A DNA stretch of 64,000 nt from the human T2T-CHM13v2.0 reference genome, Homo sapiens. Shown here one piece after another: positions 28,250-49,438 of the stretch. The DNA is taken from assembly GCF_009914755.1 (NCBI RefSeq), contig NC_060929.1. The stretch is one strand, 5' to 3'. The translations under genes and the position numbers were made by a program. Under the pieces are notes generated by a model. That model saw only the letters and a list, made by a program, of their open reading frames with translations, was not told where the DNA came from and searched no databases. Position 1 is the first letter of the stretch. Every line of letters starts with the position of its first letter.

Positions 28250-29335
28250 AGTGTCTCAATAATGAATAAACAAATATATGAAAGTAACAGAAATTAATAG
28301 TAAACATGGAAAAAATGTCAGCCTTATTAGTGATCACATAAATACAAATAACATCAATAAGATTTTTATAACAATCAAATGTATAAAGACTTAAAAATTT
28401 AAAAGTTGATGAATGTATAGTGAGACAAGTACTCAGTAATAATGACAGTGTAAATTTCTGAAAAGCAATTTGACTCTATCACAATCCTTATAATTTTTCA
28501 TATCTTTAGTTAATTTTGCTTCTTAGACTACATATTAAGGAACTAATACAAAATTTAGTCATAAATGTATGTACCACAATTTTTATTACGTATTATTAAT
28601 ATAATCAAAATATTATTACTTAATTGTGTGACAATAGGTTAGTGGCTAGGTAAATTATGTTGCATAACATGTAATATCATGCAGCTATCAAAATCAATTG
28701 CCAAAAAAATTTTGTGAAATGGGAAAATGTGTACATGATTTTAAACTTAAATGCCAGATTCAAAACTGAATATACAGCTGTATTCCAACCATATTTTAAA
28801 AATATATGTATATCTGGAACATTTGCTCTTAGAACTCAGTTCCATGCTGTGAGGAAGTCCTAACAGCCCCATGGCAAGGATCCTAGAGAAAAGATTTAAT
28901 TTACTTGCCCAACAGCTCCAGTTGGACTAAGTCATGCAGTCATCCCTGTCAAGATGCCAGATGTGTGAGAAAAGCCAGCTAAGACCTTTCAGGTCAGCCT
29001 ATTTGCCAACTGAATGTCACAAAGTAACCTCAGGAAATGCCGTGTGAGAAAAACAACAAACACCTATTAAGCCCTGCAAAAATCCCAGATCTACACAATT
29101 ATGAGATATAATCAAATGGTTGTTTATATGTAAAGATATGTAGATGCGGATATAGATAAATGAAGATAGGTAGATATGAATCTAAAATAAATGATTAGAA
29201 AGAAATACTCTAAAATATTAATAGTGGTTATTTTTGGTTAGGATGTTTATCAACAAATTTTTAATATCTTTTTGTACTTACCAAGTTTCCAATGATAAAC
29301 TTGTATTGCTTTTATTTCAAAATATAATTTTGAAA
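28250..29335 (+). mobile_element. Old L1ME 3' region, interrupted by an MLT1 LTR (~28815-29125)
   Basis: Degenerate L1 ORF2 end and 3'UTR. MLT1 text CCATGCTGTGAGGAAGTCC..AGCCCTGC..ATGAGATATAAT. Confidence 0.65.
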
Positions 29336-29559
29336 AAAGAAAAATGTGTTAATCACTATTGTTTTAAATAAAATATATCTTTCACATAATGTATCCAGAG
29401 AAATATGGCAAAAAGAGCTTTGGATTAAATTACCTGCTTTGAAATTTAAATAGTTTAAATGACTAAGTCATTAAAATTCTAAAAATAAAAATGCTTTCCT
29501 TAAACATTTGCTACTCAGGCTCTTTTAATGAATCTAACCAAATTTAGAAAATAATAGTC

Positions 29560-30245
29560 GACTACTTTATACATGGGTGATGTTAGGCTCTGAGATCTTC
29601 AGTGATGATAAAGTACTCATATACTGGAATCTAACTTTGGATTGGTGAACCAGATCATTCATCCATCAGTTTATGGACATTTTCAGTTTTGTTCATCAGC
29701 TTCATTTCAAATTCCCAGGAACTGAATTAATTGCAGGTGTCTGCTTCCAACAGGAGTGCAGTCTTTAAATTATACATGTCACTGCATCACTTACATCATG
29801 TCACATCCTGTTATGTTTCTTCCTGCCATAAACTAGCAAAACACAACACGACACGAGAGAAATGCATTGACATGGTACAAGATGTCAAAAAATAAATACT
29901 ACATTTTAGCAGATAATATGGTACAGATATTTTGAGTTATCTGAATTCTTTTGAATGACTTGGTTTACTTTATTAAGGTAAGGTAAGCCTCCAGCAGGTT
30001 CTGCAAAAGCTGATAGCAAAATCATTTGGGGTTGGTCACAAGCTATTTCAACTTAAGTTTGCAGATTTTAAAATGATAAATGATAATATGGTACAGGAGA
30101 AACATTGGGATTTATTCAGGCGGCATTTGAAAAATCTATTACAAATAAACTGTGAGGAAATTGTGTAGAATGGTGACTTATAATGGAATAATGGTCATGG
30201 CTTCATGACAAGAGCACTAATACAGAGGAGTATTGTTGTAATGTG
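29560..30245 (-). pseudogene. Possible 3' part (D6-TM-Box1-Box2) of a tall cytokine receptor relic
   Basis: Acceptor ctcttgcttgtacag at 30245 then IPL*..ILHNFLTVY. NSL*P/SAF..AGG at ~29985-30050. TM plus stop-transfer ISLVSCCVLLVYGRKKHNR with donor gtaagt at 29795. Then KL/WMND/SPIQS and KISEPNITHV. Confidence 0.42.
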
Positions 30246-30288
30246 CTGTACAAGCAAGAGTCAGGATATGCAAATCAAAACGCTAACA

Positions 30289-30465
30289 TACTAGTCCATC
30301 CTGACACTGCTACAAAGAACTACCTGAGATTGGGTAATTTATAAAGAAAAGAGGTTTAATTGACTCAGTTCTGCAAGCTGTACCGGAACTATGGCTGGGG
30401 AGGTCTCAGGAAACTTACAATCATACCCCAAAGTGAAGGGGAAGCTGGCACATCCTCACATGGCC
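30289..30465 (-). mobile_element. MSTA LTR fragment
   Basis: CACTGCTACAAAGAACTACCTGAGATTGGGTAATTTATAAAGAAAAGAGGTTTAATTGACTCA..CAGGAAACTTACAATCAT. Confidence 0.85.
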
Positions 30466-37338
<6,873 letters not shown>

Positions 37339-37850
37339 TATGCTAAGGACTGACTATACAAAAACTAACAAAACCTTGTTCTTTCTCTCTAGTGGAAGAG
37401 AGGGTTACATAAGCCAATCATTGTAATACAGTATGATTCCTGCTTATAAAAGGGGGAAGAACAAAGTAGAGCTCCCTAGAAGAGAGAGATAAAATCCAAT
37501 TGTGTATAGAGGAAGAAAATTTTGCAGCAGAAGAGGCACTTGAACTGCCTGAGTCAGAGGACCAAAACCACATGGCCCTCAAGAGAGGACCAGGAGAAAT
37601 GGAACATGCATAGTACATGGGGTGGAACGAGGATGGAAAAAAGAGAGTAGCAAGTTGTAGATTTGGGCTTAATCTTTGGTAATGAAGAACTATTGAAGGC
37701 TTTTAAGCAGGGAAATATGAGCTGATCAAATCTGTGTTTTAGAAAAATCAATGAGGACAACTTGTAGGACTTCAAAGGAGGAACTCACAAGGAGGGAAAT
37801 GAAATAAGAGCTACTCAATAATCCATGAAAGAATTATGAAGGCCTAATAT
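37339..37850 (-). mobile_element. L2 fragment
   Basis: GGCACTTGAACTG..AACTATTGAAGGCTTTTAAGCAGGG..TCAAATCTGTGTTTTAGAAAAATCA. Confidence 0.7.
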
Positions 37851-38204
37851 TTTTATTAAGCAAAAGTAAGAAAAGGATAAATTATAATTATTTGTACATA
37901 TTATATAATGTATAATAAACATAATTATACTTGGTACTACTTCTTTGTCACCTTTTAGATCAGAATAATCATGTATATTGTGTCTACATTGCCACAAAAT
38001 GCAATGTTAGTAGAATTTAAGTTCATAAACAATAGCTAGTGACTAAAATCATATCTCAATTAGAGTCTATGTTAGGAGAGAAAAATTATAGCTGCTAATC
38101 TCAAGCTAAATTTTTCAGGTTCTCTTGATGTTTATTCACAAGATAAGTGATTTGGTGAAATAGTACAGTTTTATTCCTTTGTTGAAGGTGGTAGAGAATA
38201 ACCA

Positions 38205-38765
38205 TGTTACACTGCTTCTCAGGCTGGGTTCCCAGAGAGCAGAGCCTGACATTGAGAGCACACAGCCTAATATATTACAGGAAGAAGAATCCTCACAGCA
38301 GGAGTGGGGAAGAAGCAGGTAGGCAGGGAAGGAGAGGGAGCCAGTACCAAGATGCCACAACGTGTTTGAAGTTGAGCACTGCTAAGTGCAACTAATTGCT
38401 CCAGCTCCCTAGAAGCTGTATATCCAACCTCTCAGAACAAGCTGTCAGAGGAGGAAAAAGGAGGAAGAACTTTTCCACCAGCTCCTCCTTTCTATGGGTT
38501 AAAATATCACCCTACTAACTCCCTACACACTTGTGAGTTGCATATGCAGAGACTCCAAGCACGAAGCTCATCATGTGGTGCTCTGCTCTTGACAGTCAAC
38601 ACCTGTGTAGAAGGTGAGTGACCCAGAGGGGCACCAAGTGGGTGCTGTCAGATTGCACCTGCATGAAGTCATTCAGAGCCTACTCAATCGTAGCTGCTGC
38701 AGCGGGGGTAGGACAAGGGAGGTGACACCAATGGTATCTGAAGTGGTGCCACCAGTCGTCTGATC
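38205..38765 (-). mobile_element. ERVL LTR (LTR16/LTR33-like)
   Basis: GGCTGGGTTCCCAGAGAGCAGAGCCTGA..CAGGAGTGGGGAAGAAGCAGG, typical of old ERVL LTR ends. Confidence 0.55.
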
Positions 38766-39029
38766 CTGAGCATGAATTCCAAAACAGACAAAATTTATTA
38801 TACGATCAGAATGATTTATGAAAATTAAAACAACCTTCATTAATTACTCTACAATCAAAATTTTTGCCAAGAATTTTTCTTTGATATAAGAAATATAAAC
38901 ACAGTAATGTAAAATTATTAAATGTTACATTAAATTTACACATTGCTTACTCACTCAATAAATAATCTGGGTTTTGTCTTAACCATGCTATATGCCAGAA
39001 TTTCAATACATTTAATACTGTAATTCACT

Positions 39030-40927
39030 GATCCTGGTGCCCCTTCAGGTCTCTCATGTCCCTCATGTCCTCCTCCCTTCCCACCTTGGATTCGGTGGTC
39101 CATCCTTATAATTATTCACTTGCCTATAACAACTCCTTCACCCTCCTCTCTGGGGTGTTATGAGTCAGAAGAAATCAGAAGAGAACTTCAACAATTCTCA
39201 CAGCCACATCCTCATACCTTCCTGTGGCTTCACTCCTGGGACTGTTCTTATGAGGGTCCAGCTTTTCCACCTCTTCCCATTTTCCCTGGTTCTATGTCAT
39301 CTTCTTTACTGAGACATTGCTCCAGCATTTGACTTCTCTTCCTCATCTATAATCAATTTTCTCTACTAGATTAGTATACAGTTTGCAGACATACAAGAAT
39401 GTTCTGATCTTTACTTAAAGCCTCTCTTGACTACACTTCATCTAGTAGACCATAGCCAGCTAGCTAACAAATCCTTTCTCTACTCCCCTTGATGGAATCT
39501 CTCCTTATCTTTTTCTCCTCTCATTCTCCCTTGAACCTCCTCCCATATGGCCTTCATTCCCTCCTCTCCAGCTGACAAGCTTTCACTTGTCAGGATTGGT
39601 AATGGCCAGTTAGTAGACCTCATTCACTTCAACTTCAACAATGTAAGACACAGATGATCTCTTGCTCCTTCTAAGTTTTTATTTTTTTCACTTGGCTTCT
39701 GGGGCAACATTCCCTGTAAGTTTCCTTCCACTTCCCTATCTGTTCTTTCTCATTCTCTCCATTTATTCTTCATCTTCTCAACCTCTAAACTTTGGAGAGC
39801 CTCAGACTTCAATTTTGTGACTTCTTTTTTCTACATGTACTCAGGTTTTAGATAGCCTCATTCAGTTCCCGTGGCTGTAAATAACATCTATTCCCTGAAG
39901 TAATGTCTCCCAGATGTAATGTCTCCAGTCTTCATCTCTCCCCTGAATTCCAGACGCAGGAACATCCAGCTGCCTGCATGACTTTTCTAAGTGTCTAAAA
40001 AGCATCTTAAACTTAAATTCTTGATTCCCTCTCCTTTACTCCACGACAAAAATCCAGCTCTTCCCATTGTCTTCTCTATCTCTGAAAATACTTTTGCAAG
40101 ACAAAAATCTCATAGTTATTATTGTTTGTCTCCCCTCTTTAAATCTCATATATGATCTATCAGCAAACTATATGTGCTCAACTTTCAAAATATAACCAGA
40201 AATACAACATTGCACTACTCTCATGCTACTATCCTCATGTAAATGGTCATCATTGCCCAGCTGGATGATTGCAGTAGCCTCCTAACTTAGCTCCCTACTT
40301 TCCACATATGCCACCCACCCACCCCCAGCCCCAACCCTTCTGTCTACTCTGTGATTCTTTTCAAATGCAAATCAGATCATGGAACTACTCTGTTCAGACC
40401 CTTCCAGTGACTGGTCCTCTCACTCAGAGTGAAAACCATCATCACCTCCAAGTCCTTCAATGTTATTGCCATCCATCCCTGCTCTCATATTATTCCTTGT
40501 CACTTTCTCCCTCACTCATCCAGCACCAGCCATATTTGTCACATTGGCTTTTCTCTGGGCATGCCAAGCACACTCCTGCCTCAACAGTTTTCCCCTTATT
40601 CCCTTGGCCTCAGATAGACTTCCTCCAGACAGTCAGATGGCTTGGTCCTTCTCTTCCTTCAGGTCTCCACTCAAATGATACTTTTTAAGAACACCTCCTT
40701 AACCAAGCTCTATTACAACTTATCCTCTTGACCAGTTTTTCTTTTTCTCCACAGGGCTTAGTGTCACCTAACAGCTATTCATGTGCTTAATTACTCATTT
40801 CTTACCTTTCTGCCCTACTAGGATGTAAGCTCTACAAGGGCAGGAAATTTGTCTGCATTGTTTATTTCTATTTCCCTCATGACTAGCACGTGGGAGGTAC
40901 TCAGTACACATTTGTTGAATGAATTAA
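39030..40927 (+). mobile_element. L2 (L2a-like) ORF end plus 3'UTR, ~1.9 kb
   Basis: Pyrimidine-rich L2 body (CTCTCCCCTGAATTCCAGAC, TGCAGTAGCCTCCTAACT), ending TGTAAGCTCTACAAGGGCAGG..TTTGTTGAATGAAT. Confidence 0.85.
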
Positions 40928-42149
40928 TAGCATCAACAGTTAAAAACAAAAGGGATACTCATTCATTAAATTTATTTAAAATTAGTTTGACTAAAATTAA
41001 AAACTTAAATTGACTCTGCATAAGAGAGAATTCTAAGTGGTTTGGGAAACCAAAATGGGTTTTATTTATAAATTTGGTAAGTGGATCTAACAGAAAATTA
41101 AATCCAATGTGTATTTTTCACTCTGATTCATTAAAATCCCAATTCAAACTTAATAGATGTGTGATTTTTCTCCAGCTACTTTAGTTACCAGTGTAAGAGC
41201 ACAAAATGGAGAAGCACTTGGCGTTAAATAGGACAGGAATTTCTCGATGGTGGGAGAGAACCAGGGTGTTGATATATGCAACTGAGTGACTATAACGATA
41301 ATATAACCTAGGAATATAATGTAGGAAAAGAGAGAAGGATGGTAAAGGGAAGGGCAGTAGAATCAGTGGATTCTAACATTAAATATTCCAGTTTATAGCA
41401 TGGATAAATCAGAGGGCAAGTTTCTTAAAATGAATGTATAAACAATGTGTAAATTAATATTATCTCTGCTTACATTTCTATAAGCAGAATGAAAATCATT
41501 TTATTTAGTAATATAAGTTCATGAGGAAAGATGTTTACATTAATTTTGCAATACATAAATTTAAAAAGACGGTAAAGAAAATCAGTTTTACTTGACTGGA
41601 ACCTAATTGTCAACCTTCAAATGATAAAACATAGCTCATTAACATTGAATTAAACTTAAAAAGAATATCTGGAGCTTTCTTTACTGAAGATCTTTACATT
41701 TAGACAGTCTCATCATTGAAATTGTTCTGCAAGAGCCTCATTATAATGAAGTTCCAACGGAGACTATTATTATCTTTTTATTGCAGTGTTGTATTAGATA
41801 AAACCAGATGTTAATCTTCAGTGTTCAGGTTACACTCCACGTACAAACCCAGCCTAGTTCCCAGTGAGCAGGTGGCAGGCAAAGTCTACCCGAGGACAAG
41901 CACAGCTAACGCCTCAATCTTCATGAAGTTGATCACAGCGGATGACACATTCTTCCTAACGTGTAACTCTCATCATCACAACATAAAATGAGTTTTATCC
42001 CCTTTTTGTCATTTTCCTTCCAAGTATAATAGAATCTAAATCTAAATCTTAATTCCTCTTCAAAGTCAAACTGGATGTCATTCTTTCCCATACCCTGGGA
42101 AGCCCCGTTACGGCACTTTTTTTTATTTCTCAATCTCTAACCTTTTTAT

Positions 42150-43090
42150 CTCTTTATCAGCTCCTTTCCATCTGCCTTTAAATCAACAGGAACTTGAAAA
42201 GCCATTTTAAATAAATCCTTGACCTCAGGATTTATTCCAATCGCTATTGTTTTTTCCTGTCTTCCTTTTGCCACTCTTGCGTGATCTCTACTCCCTGTTG
42301 CAATTTCCACAATCTCTTATAAAATGGTTTTCCTACCACAATATACTTAAAAATCTCTCCATCTGAGAACACATGTGCTCTCCCTCTCAGTAACTGGAGT
42401 GGCCTTTCCTCCATCCTCCTCTCATCCTGAGTTTCTCAACCACATATGGCCCTGGGGCTCCAGGCCTCCATACAGAAGCAGCACAGTTCCTTTAGTTAAG
42501 ATTGCTCCTCCTCTCTTTCCTTCAGTGGCTCCTGTTACTCTCCTCATTTTATCTGTGGATGTTTTCTAAGCTCAGCCTCCTTTGCTAAACTCTTTTTTTC
42601 TGCTTGGAGAACATTTCTAAATGCACTCTAGCATGTCCAGAATAGGCTTCCTTTTTAACATTTACAGGCTTGAGGGATTTCACCTGGGTTATAAACTCAT
42701 ATTTCCATCCATCCACAGAACACCATTTTTGCAAATTTGGCCTGTTGAAAATGAAATTCATTTTTCTCTAATCCAGGCTGTCACTAAACCAACTCAATTT
42801 TAATACCAAAATTTGCTTCATTCTGCAGATTTAGCCTTAGAGTCATGTATCAATTCTCTTCCTTTTACCCCAGGACTCAACCTCTCATCAAGTTCTTTGA
42901 ATTATTTGCAACAATAATAATGATGATAAGACTTACAGATGCAATGGCTTGAACACATTTCATTTTCCCCACTTCCACTACTCCCAACCTAATTAGGATC
43001 TACTGTAATGAAATTACTAATACAGTTTCCTCCCTTCCTTCAGTTTTCCTTCCTCACTCATTCACTTCCAATTCATTCTTCCAAAACAGC
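42150..43090 (+). mobile_element. Highly diverged L2
   Basis: Pyrimidine-rich with L2 motifs (TGGTTTTCCTACC, TCAACCTCTCATCAAGTTCT, TTCATTCTTCCAAAACAGCCA). Confidence 0.5.
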
Positions 43091-43409
43091 CAAATAAGTC
43101 TTTCGATTCTCACCATGGTTTTCAGATGCTCATCAGAATTTATGTAAACTATTAGCGGACCAGATATGCACATGTGTTTCAAATGTAGTCTAAGCACCAC
43201 TAATGGCTTATTTTTCTTATAGATCGTGAATGAACCATTGACTGAAAAGACAGAAATGACCAGCTTTAAAGTTTTCTGGTACCTCCATACTGGTCAGGAT
43301 AAGTTTGGATTAGGCTACAGTAGCAAACAATCCCAAAATCTCGCTGCTATCAAGCAAAAAGTTGTATTTTAGAGAACTTATATTCACTACAAGCTTGACA
43401 TCCTCCCAG

Positions 43410-44184
43410 TACTTAAAAACTCTTCTGATGGGATCAGTGGTGCTATTAACAAATGCCACCTTTAGATATTGTCTAATGAAATGTGTCATCATTTTGGAAA
43501 TCTGAAAATTCAGTAAACAAATATTTTTCAAATGATCAAAGTATGATGATCAAATAGTCAAAATCATGGGTGGGTAAAACGTTTATTCAAAGTACAAGGC
43601 AGGCCAGTGGATTTTAATGGTGCAGAGTACAAAAAGTTCATTAATGTCATTTTGGACTCTTCATTGAAACTGCACTTCAAGAAACTATCACTTGTCAAGT
43701 TAAAAGGAGAATGTGCATAATTCTCCAAAATGGATATTAAACTGTTCCTCCCTTTTTCATCTACATATCTGTGTAAAGCCAGATTTTCTTCATATACTTT
43801 AATCAAAACAGCATGTCACAACAAAATGAATACAGAGGCAGACATACAAATTCAGCTATCTTCTGTTAAGCCTGGCATTAAATTAGAGATTTGAAAAAGT
43901 GTAAACAGCAATGCCACCCTTCTCACTACATTTTAGAGGGAAGGGGTTGGAAAACATAGTTGTTTCTCATAAAATATATGTTATTATTTTAACATATATT
44001 GCTTTACTATTGTTTTGAAATTAACTACTGAATAATAATAATACTTTTCTCATTTATCTGTTTTAATCACTAATAAAATAATTATCAACAGATATAACTC
44101 ACATAAACAAAAGCTCATTAGCATTGTCAATATTTCTTAATAATGTTACAGAATTCTGACACCAAAAAAATTTGAGAATCATTG
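43410..44184 (+). mobile_element. Charlie1-type hAT transposon fragment
   Basis: CTCCCTTTTTCATCTACATATCTGTGTAAAGCCAGATTTTC (LPFSSTYLCKARFS dimerisation motif) and terminus TTTGAGAATCATTG. Confidence 0.85.
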
Positions 44185-44419
44185 GTCTAAGTCCCATCTT
44201 GATTTTCTTCCTTTCTTTTTGTTCCTGAGGTCATAGAGTCTCTTTTTGGTGCCTGAACTAAACATATTTCTGCTCATATAAAGTCTTTATTTATTTATTT
44301 GGTTATTTCATTTTTGTTTGTTTGTTTCCTCATGGTCCACTCACTTTATTAAGCCCTATATTAATCCAAACAGTTTTTCTATTAATTTTTCTGCTTTTGG
44401 GGTATACAGTGAAATCACT

Positions 44420-47300
44420 GGAAAATAATGAAAACTGAATCTTCTTTCTAAGATAAAGCTTTATTCCTATTCATTGGTGTTATTCGCTCCTACTGACAGA
44501 ACAATATTAAGTAATAGCATGGTAACATTCATTTTCATCTTAATAGAAATATCTCCAGTGTTTCTCCAAAAAATAAGATGGCAGTAATTAATTGGTAATG
44601 CAAATGCTTCATGATGTGAAAAAAAAAGTATCTTTCTGGTCCCAGTTTAATAAGAATGTTATCAGAAAATATGTTAAATTTAATCAAATTCATTTTAGGT
44701 GTGGTGAACAGAATAACAGCCCCCATAGATGTCCGTGCCCTAATCCCCAAAACCTATGGATCTGTGACCTTACACAGCAAAAGGTATTTTACAGATGTGA
44801 TTAAATTAAGAACCTTGATATGATATGGGGAGATTATCCTGAATCATCCTGATGAACTCAATGTAATCACAGTATTCTGATAAAAGGGAAGCAGGGGAGT
44901 CAGAGTCAGCATAGAAAATGTGGTGACAGAAGAAGAGATTGGAGGGATAAGAGGAAGGGGACACAAGCCAAGGCATGCAGATGGCCTCTGGAAGCTGGAA
45001 AAGCATAAAATAGATTCTCTCCTAGAGCCTCCAGAAGGAATGCGGTCCTATCCACCCCTTGATTTTAGGACTCCTGACCTCCAGAACTGTAAGATAAAAA
45101 ATTTATGTTGTTTCAAGCCACTAGGTTTGTGATAATTTGTTTCAGCTGCAATAAGAAACTATTACATTAGGCATCACTCATATTGATCATATTACCTTTA
45201 TTCTGCAATCTATGACATAAAGTTCCAATTAATATGTCAAGTAATCATGGGTTATTATTTTATTTGGTGATTAAAAACTAGTTTTGGTTATGGTGTTTTG
45301 TTATTTTAAAAAAGTTATGTGTTTTATTTTCTGTTATATATTTGCATCTGTGTAGTATAGTAATGAGATTAATCTATAGTTTTTACCTCTCTGCTAAATT
45401 TGTCATGTTTCGTTATTAAAACTCACTTGCTTCATAAAATTACTTGAAAGATGTTCTCTCCATATGCTCTCAACCAGCTTATGTACTACAGGAATTTTTA
45501 GTCATTGTAATTTTGAAAGCACAAAAGTTAAAACTTGAGTTTATGCCTTAATTTTTTTTCCAAAAAACATAAGCCTACCTATTTTTCCTTTTCTTTACAG
45601 ACCAATTTTGATAACTTATGCCTTGTTAGAAGCTTATCTATTTTGTTGAGATTTGGAAAATTATTAGCATAGTTTGTACAATTCTCTTAAAGTATTTAAA
45701 ATTTCTATTAATATATCCCCCTTATAAATTATAAACTACAGTCAGTTTTTCCTTTCTTTTGTTCTTCTTTGAATATGCCAGTTTTTCTATTAGTTATTAT
45801 TCTAATAACTCTTTTTTGTTGTGTTTCCAAAAAATTAATTACCGACTAAACCACATTGTTCTTCCTGAGTTTCCTATGTTTGTTTTATTATGTTCAAACT
45901 TTTGAGTTAATATTAAATTACTTGATTTTCATTCTTTGTTGTTAAATAAACAAAGAACTCCAGGCTATAAATTTTCTTTAAAGCCATGACTTTGGAAACA
46001 TCATAGAGGTTTTAATTTTTAAAATTATCCTTGTCTCTCTAAACACTCCATAGCTAAAGTCTGTACTATTACTTTAATCCAAGAACTCTTTAGCCAAGTG
46101 CTTTTTTTTTAATCCAAGTGGTATGAATTTTTTGTTTAGACTTGTGCAATTAGGTTTTAATTTCATTGCAATGCCATTAAAGAATATAATTTGTCCATTT
46201 TCTACTCCTTGTTATTAATTAAGATTGCATGTGATCACTTTTTATAAATGTTTTTTAGGCATTTGCAAAGAAAATATGGCTTTCATAGAGTACAGTACTT
46301 TTATACAACCACATACATATTTTATAAAATTTTTTAATATATATGTAACCATACATCACATATAAACAGAAATATAGATATAGATAAAATTATTATGTTA
46401 ATTATATTTTTTCAAGTCCTTTCAGTCCACATTTATTTTTTTAGGCTTTCAATCTGTCAAAGACTAAGAATGGTGTATGATAAAGCATGCCATCATAACT
46501 GTGCTTCTGTCAGCCTCCCAATGTATTTTTAACAGTTTATGCTACGTATATTTTTCTTACCTTTTTAGTTACACAATGTTTCATGACTATTATATCTCTA
46601 CTATGAATATTATTAGCGTTTGTCAATATAAAAACATCATGTTACATGCTTCTTGTTCTTGAATTCTATTTTATATTAAAACTATATTGCTACTGCTAAT
46701 TTTTGTTCCTCTACTCTTTTCTGTTTTATTGGAAGCCTGTTATATCTTTGTCTATAATTTTATATTTAATATTCTCTTTCATGTTGTTTTTTCAGATGTG
46801 TTCCAAAATAAATATTTGGAGAAGTCCATTGCCAGCCTAAATTTTGTTCTGTATTAGTAACATAGTTTTCCTGCTAATATTTCTGAGATTTTTATTCTAT
46901 TTTCAGAATGCAATAATTTTGCCAATAATACTTACTGAAATTAATATTGCCTACTAATATAATGTAATTCTATATTTTTAAAAATCAGTCTTTTGCTAGT
47001 GAATCTTCTTCTATTATATCATTGCTTATTACTTCTTCTTATCTATTCTCTCTTTATATATGTAGATTGGATCATATATCTCTGATCTTTGTATCACTAA
47101 AATTGTTGTATTATTTTTAATTATTCATACTTTTCCTGAATTGTAATATTTTCATCTTTTTTTATTTTGTTAATTTTTTCTTTCTGCTAATCTTTTCTTA
47201 TCTTGAAGTTGTTAATCTAACAGTTGTGTTTTTTCATATCCACACAATACTCTTATCACAATTTTGTTTTATCTTCGTAGTTGCTTGTTAGGGTCTAATA
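44420..47300 (-). mobile_element. Very old L1M (L1ME/L1M4-like) ORF2 remnants
   Basis: T-rich degenerate reverse L1 ORF2 text on both sides of the MLT1D insertion. Confidence 0.6.
44700..45166 (+). mobile_element. MLT1D solo LTR
   Basis: TG...CA ends with a perfect 5-bp TSD TTAGG at 44695-44699 and 45167-45171. Confidence 0.92.
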
Positions 47301-47449
47301 CATAAATATTTTTAAATCTCACTAGAAACATAAATCAGGAATTTTAGATTTCCTCATGTTTCTGAACACAGATTTACTACAGAGAATATATCCTCTATCC
47401 TCTGATTCTACAGAGAGTTCAGAGCTTTTGATCTTAAGTAACTGCCTAT

Positions 47450-47586
47450 TACAGTTATTACCTGAGGTGGTAATCTGTTCAATATCAGCCTCTGAAGAAA
47501 AGAAAAGAGCCCAGTGTTGTGGTTTTATGATGATATGGCCATCCTTCACACAGCTGGATTCTTTTCTCAGAATCCTGAAAGATGAA

Positions 47587-47617
<31 letters not shown>

Positions 47618-48640
47618 TACATATGGAAGACCTGAAAATAAGACCATGATAATAGAATCTTCAAAGGGATGGAAATAATATTGTCCAGAGCTAAAGAAAG
47701 ACCATGCCTTTGGGTCTACCTAGGGCTCAACAGAAAGAATGAAAATATATACGTACACACACACATGCACACATACATATGCACTTCAAGACAAATTGTT
47801 GTAGAGTTTCAGAACTCCAAAGGAAGGAAAATCTTAACATTTCCTTGGAGAAATAAACAGGTGACATACAAAGGAATGAGATTCATTATATTTATATATA
47901 TTTCTCAACGGCAACTTATTCTGAAAGACAATGGAGCAACACTTTGAAAGAATGGGAAGGATATTTATTTAAACCTGGAAATCTTGATTCAGCCACATTT
48001 GCAATCAATTATAAGGGGAAAATAATTACATATTCAGGAAAGTAAAGACTCAAAAAGCTTGCCATCCTCATATCCTTTCTAAAAATAACAATTTGAGAAT
48101 GTTTTATTTTATACCAATGAAAAGCTCAATGAGATGAATTCTATAAATGATCAAAATTGCTTCAAGAAGTGGTAGAAAATCTGAGCAGAATAATTACTAT
48201 AGGAGAAAGTTTTAAAGTTTATGCCTAAAAAGGCACCAGACTCAGATGATTTTATAGAAAAGTCTTAACAAACACTTCTCAGAACAGATTATCCCCAAGA
48301 GGATAGAAAATAGGAAAATGTGGATGCCTGCCCAGCATATTCTTCAAGGCTAGCATAATCCTGATACCAAAAATTGGACAAGGATAACACAATAAAATAA
48401 AATTGTAGTCCAATTTCACTTACTATAGTAAGTAAATTCAAGAATGATTAATAAGTTATTCCCACAGTCCAGCCACAAAATAAAATATTATCAAATAGGA
48501 TTTATCGTAAAATTGAAAGGCTGATGTGACTTTAAAAAATGTATTACGGTAATTCAGCATAAGAAGTAGATTAAAGGAAGAAAATAATATAACTTCGATA
48601 GATGCCAAGAATGTTTAATAAAACTCACCCTTATTACTGA
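47450..48640 (+). mobile_element. Old L1M ORF1/ORF2 fragments, with (TA)n(CA)n at ~47588-47620
   Basis: ORF 47669-47947 contains ORF1p-like RQIVVEFQN..KQVTYKG. 48200-48640 resembles ORF2 (PD.DDF..ASIILIPK). Confidence 0.7.
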
Positions 48641-49134
48641 TTTAAAGTGGTGATTAAATGCTCTGCCATCCTGGAATCCTATAAGTCCCAAGGAACTTGC
48701 AAAGTCCATTTTTATTGGATCATTGCCCATCAAGACTCCCAAAGATAGAGAGAACCACTACTGATTTTCGAAAGAAATTTGTTATTCTCTCACCAATGTA
48801 TGTCTCAATGTTTCATTGAAGACAACGTTCTCTGGACCATCTTGGAAAACAATTAAAGTGAGCAGGTTATACATAATTGCAAGGCAACACTTATATCTAA
48901 CCAATTATTTTTATCCCCTCCACTTTAAAACATTAAAGAATTTCTGTTATCTCAACTTGATTTAATGTAGGCCACCACAAAGAACAGATTTCAGTCAATC
49001 ATCGGAGTGAGCTATTGGCACCCTTCTCTGCTATGTTGTGTATTTCTAAGTCCCATGTGCTTTGCTTCATGATCATTTGGTACCATCCCATGACTAGAAG
49101 GTAAACTCCATTGAGAGACCTGAATGATAGTATC

Positions 49135-49438
49135 TTTTTTGTTGTTGTTGTTTTTAGATGGATTCTTACTCTGTCACCCAGGCTAGAGTACAGTGACACT
49201 ATCTCGTCTCACTGCAACCTCCGCTTCCCGGGTTCAAGCGATTCTCCTGCCTCAGCCTCCTGAGTAGCTGGGACTATAGGCACCTGCCACCATGCCCAAC
49301 TAATTTTTTTTGTTTTTTAGTAGAGACAGGGTTTTACCATGTTGGCCAGGCTAGTCTTGAACTCCTGGCTTTAGACGATCCATCCGATTTGGCCTCCCAA
49401 AGTGCTGGGATTACAGGTGTGAGCTACCACACCCGGCC
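49135..49438 (-). mobile_element. AluS (Sx/Sz-like)
   Basis: Full reverse Alu with (TTG)n tail and TSD ATAG(T/C)ATCTT. Confidence 0.95.

Noticed and set aside
29912-30096. 15-bp direct repeat GATAATATGGTACAG
   Set aside because: Too short, with no enclosed element or poly(A), to call a TSD.
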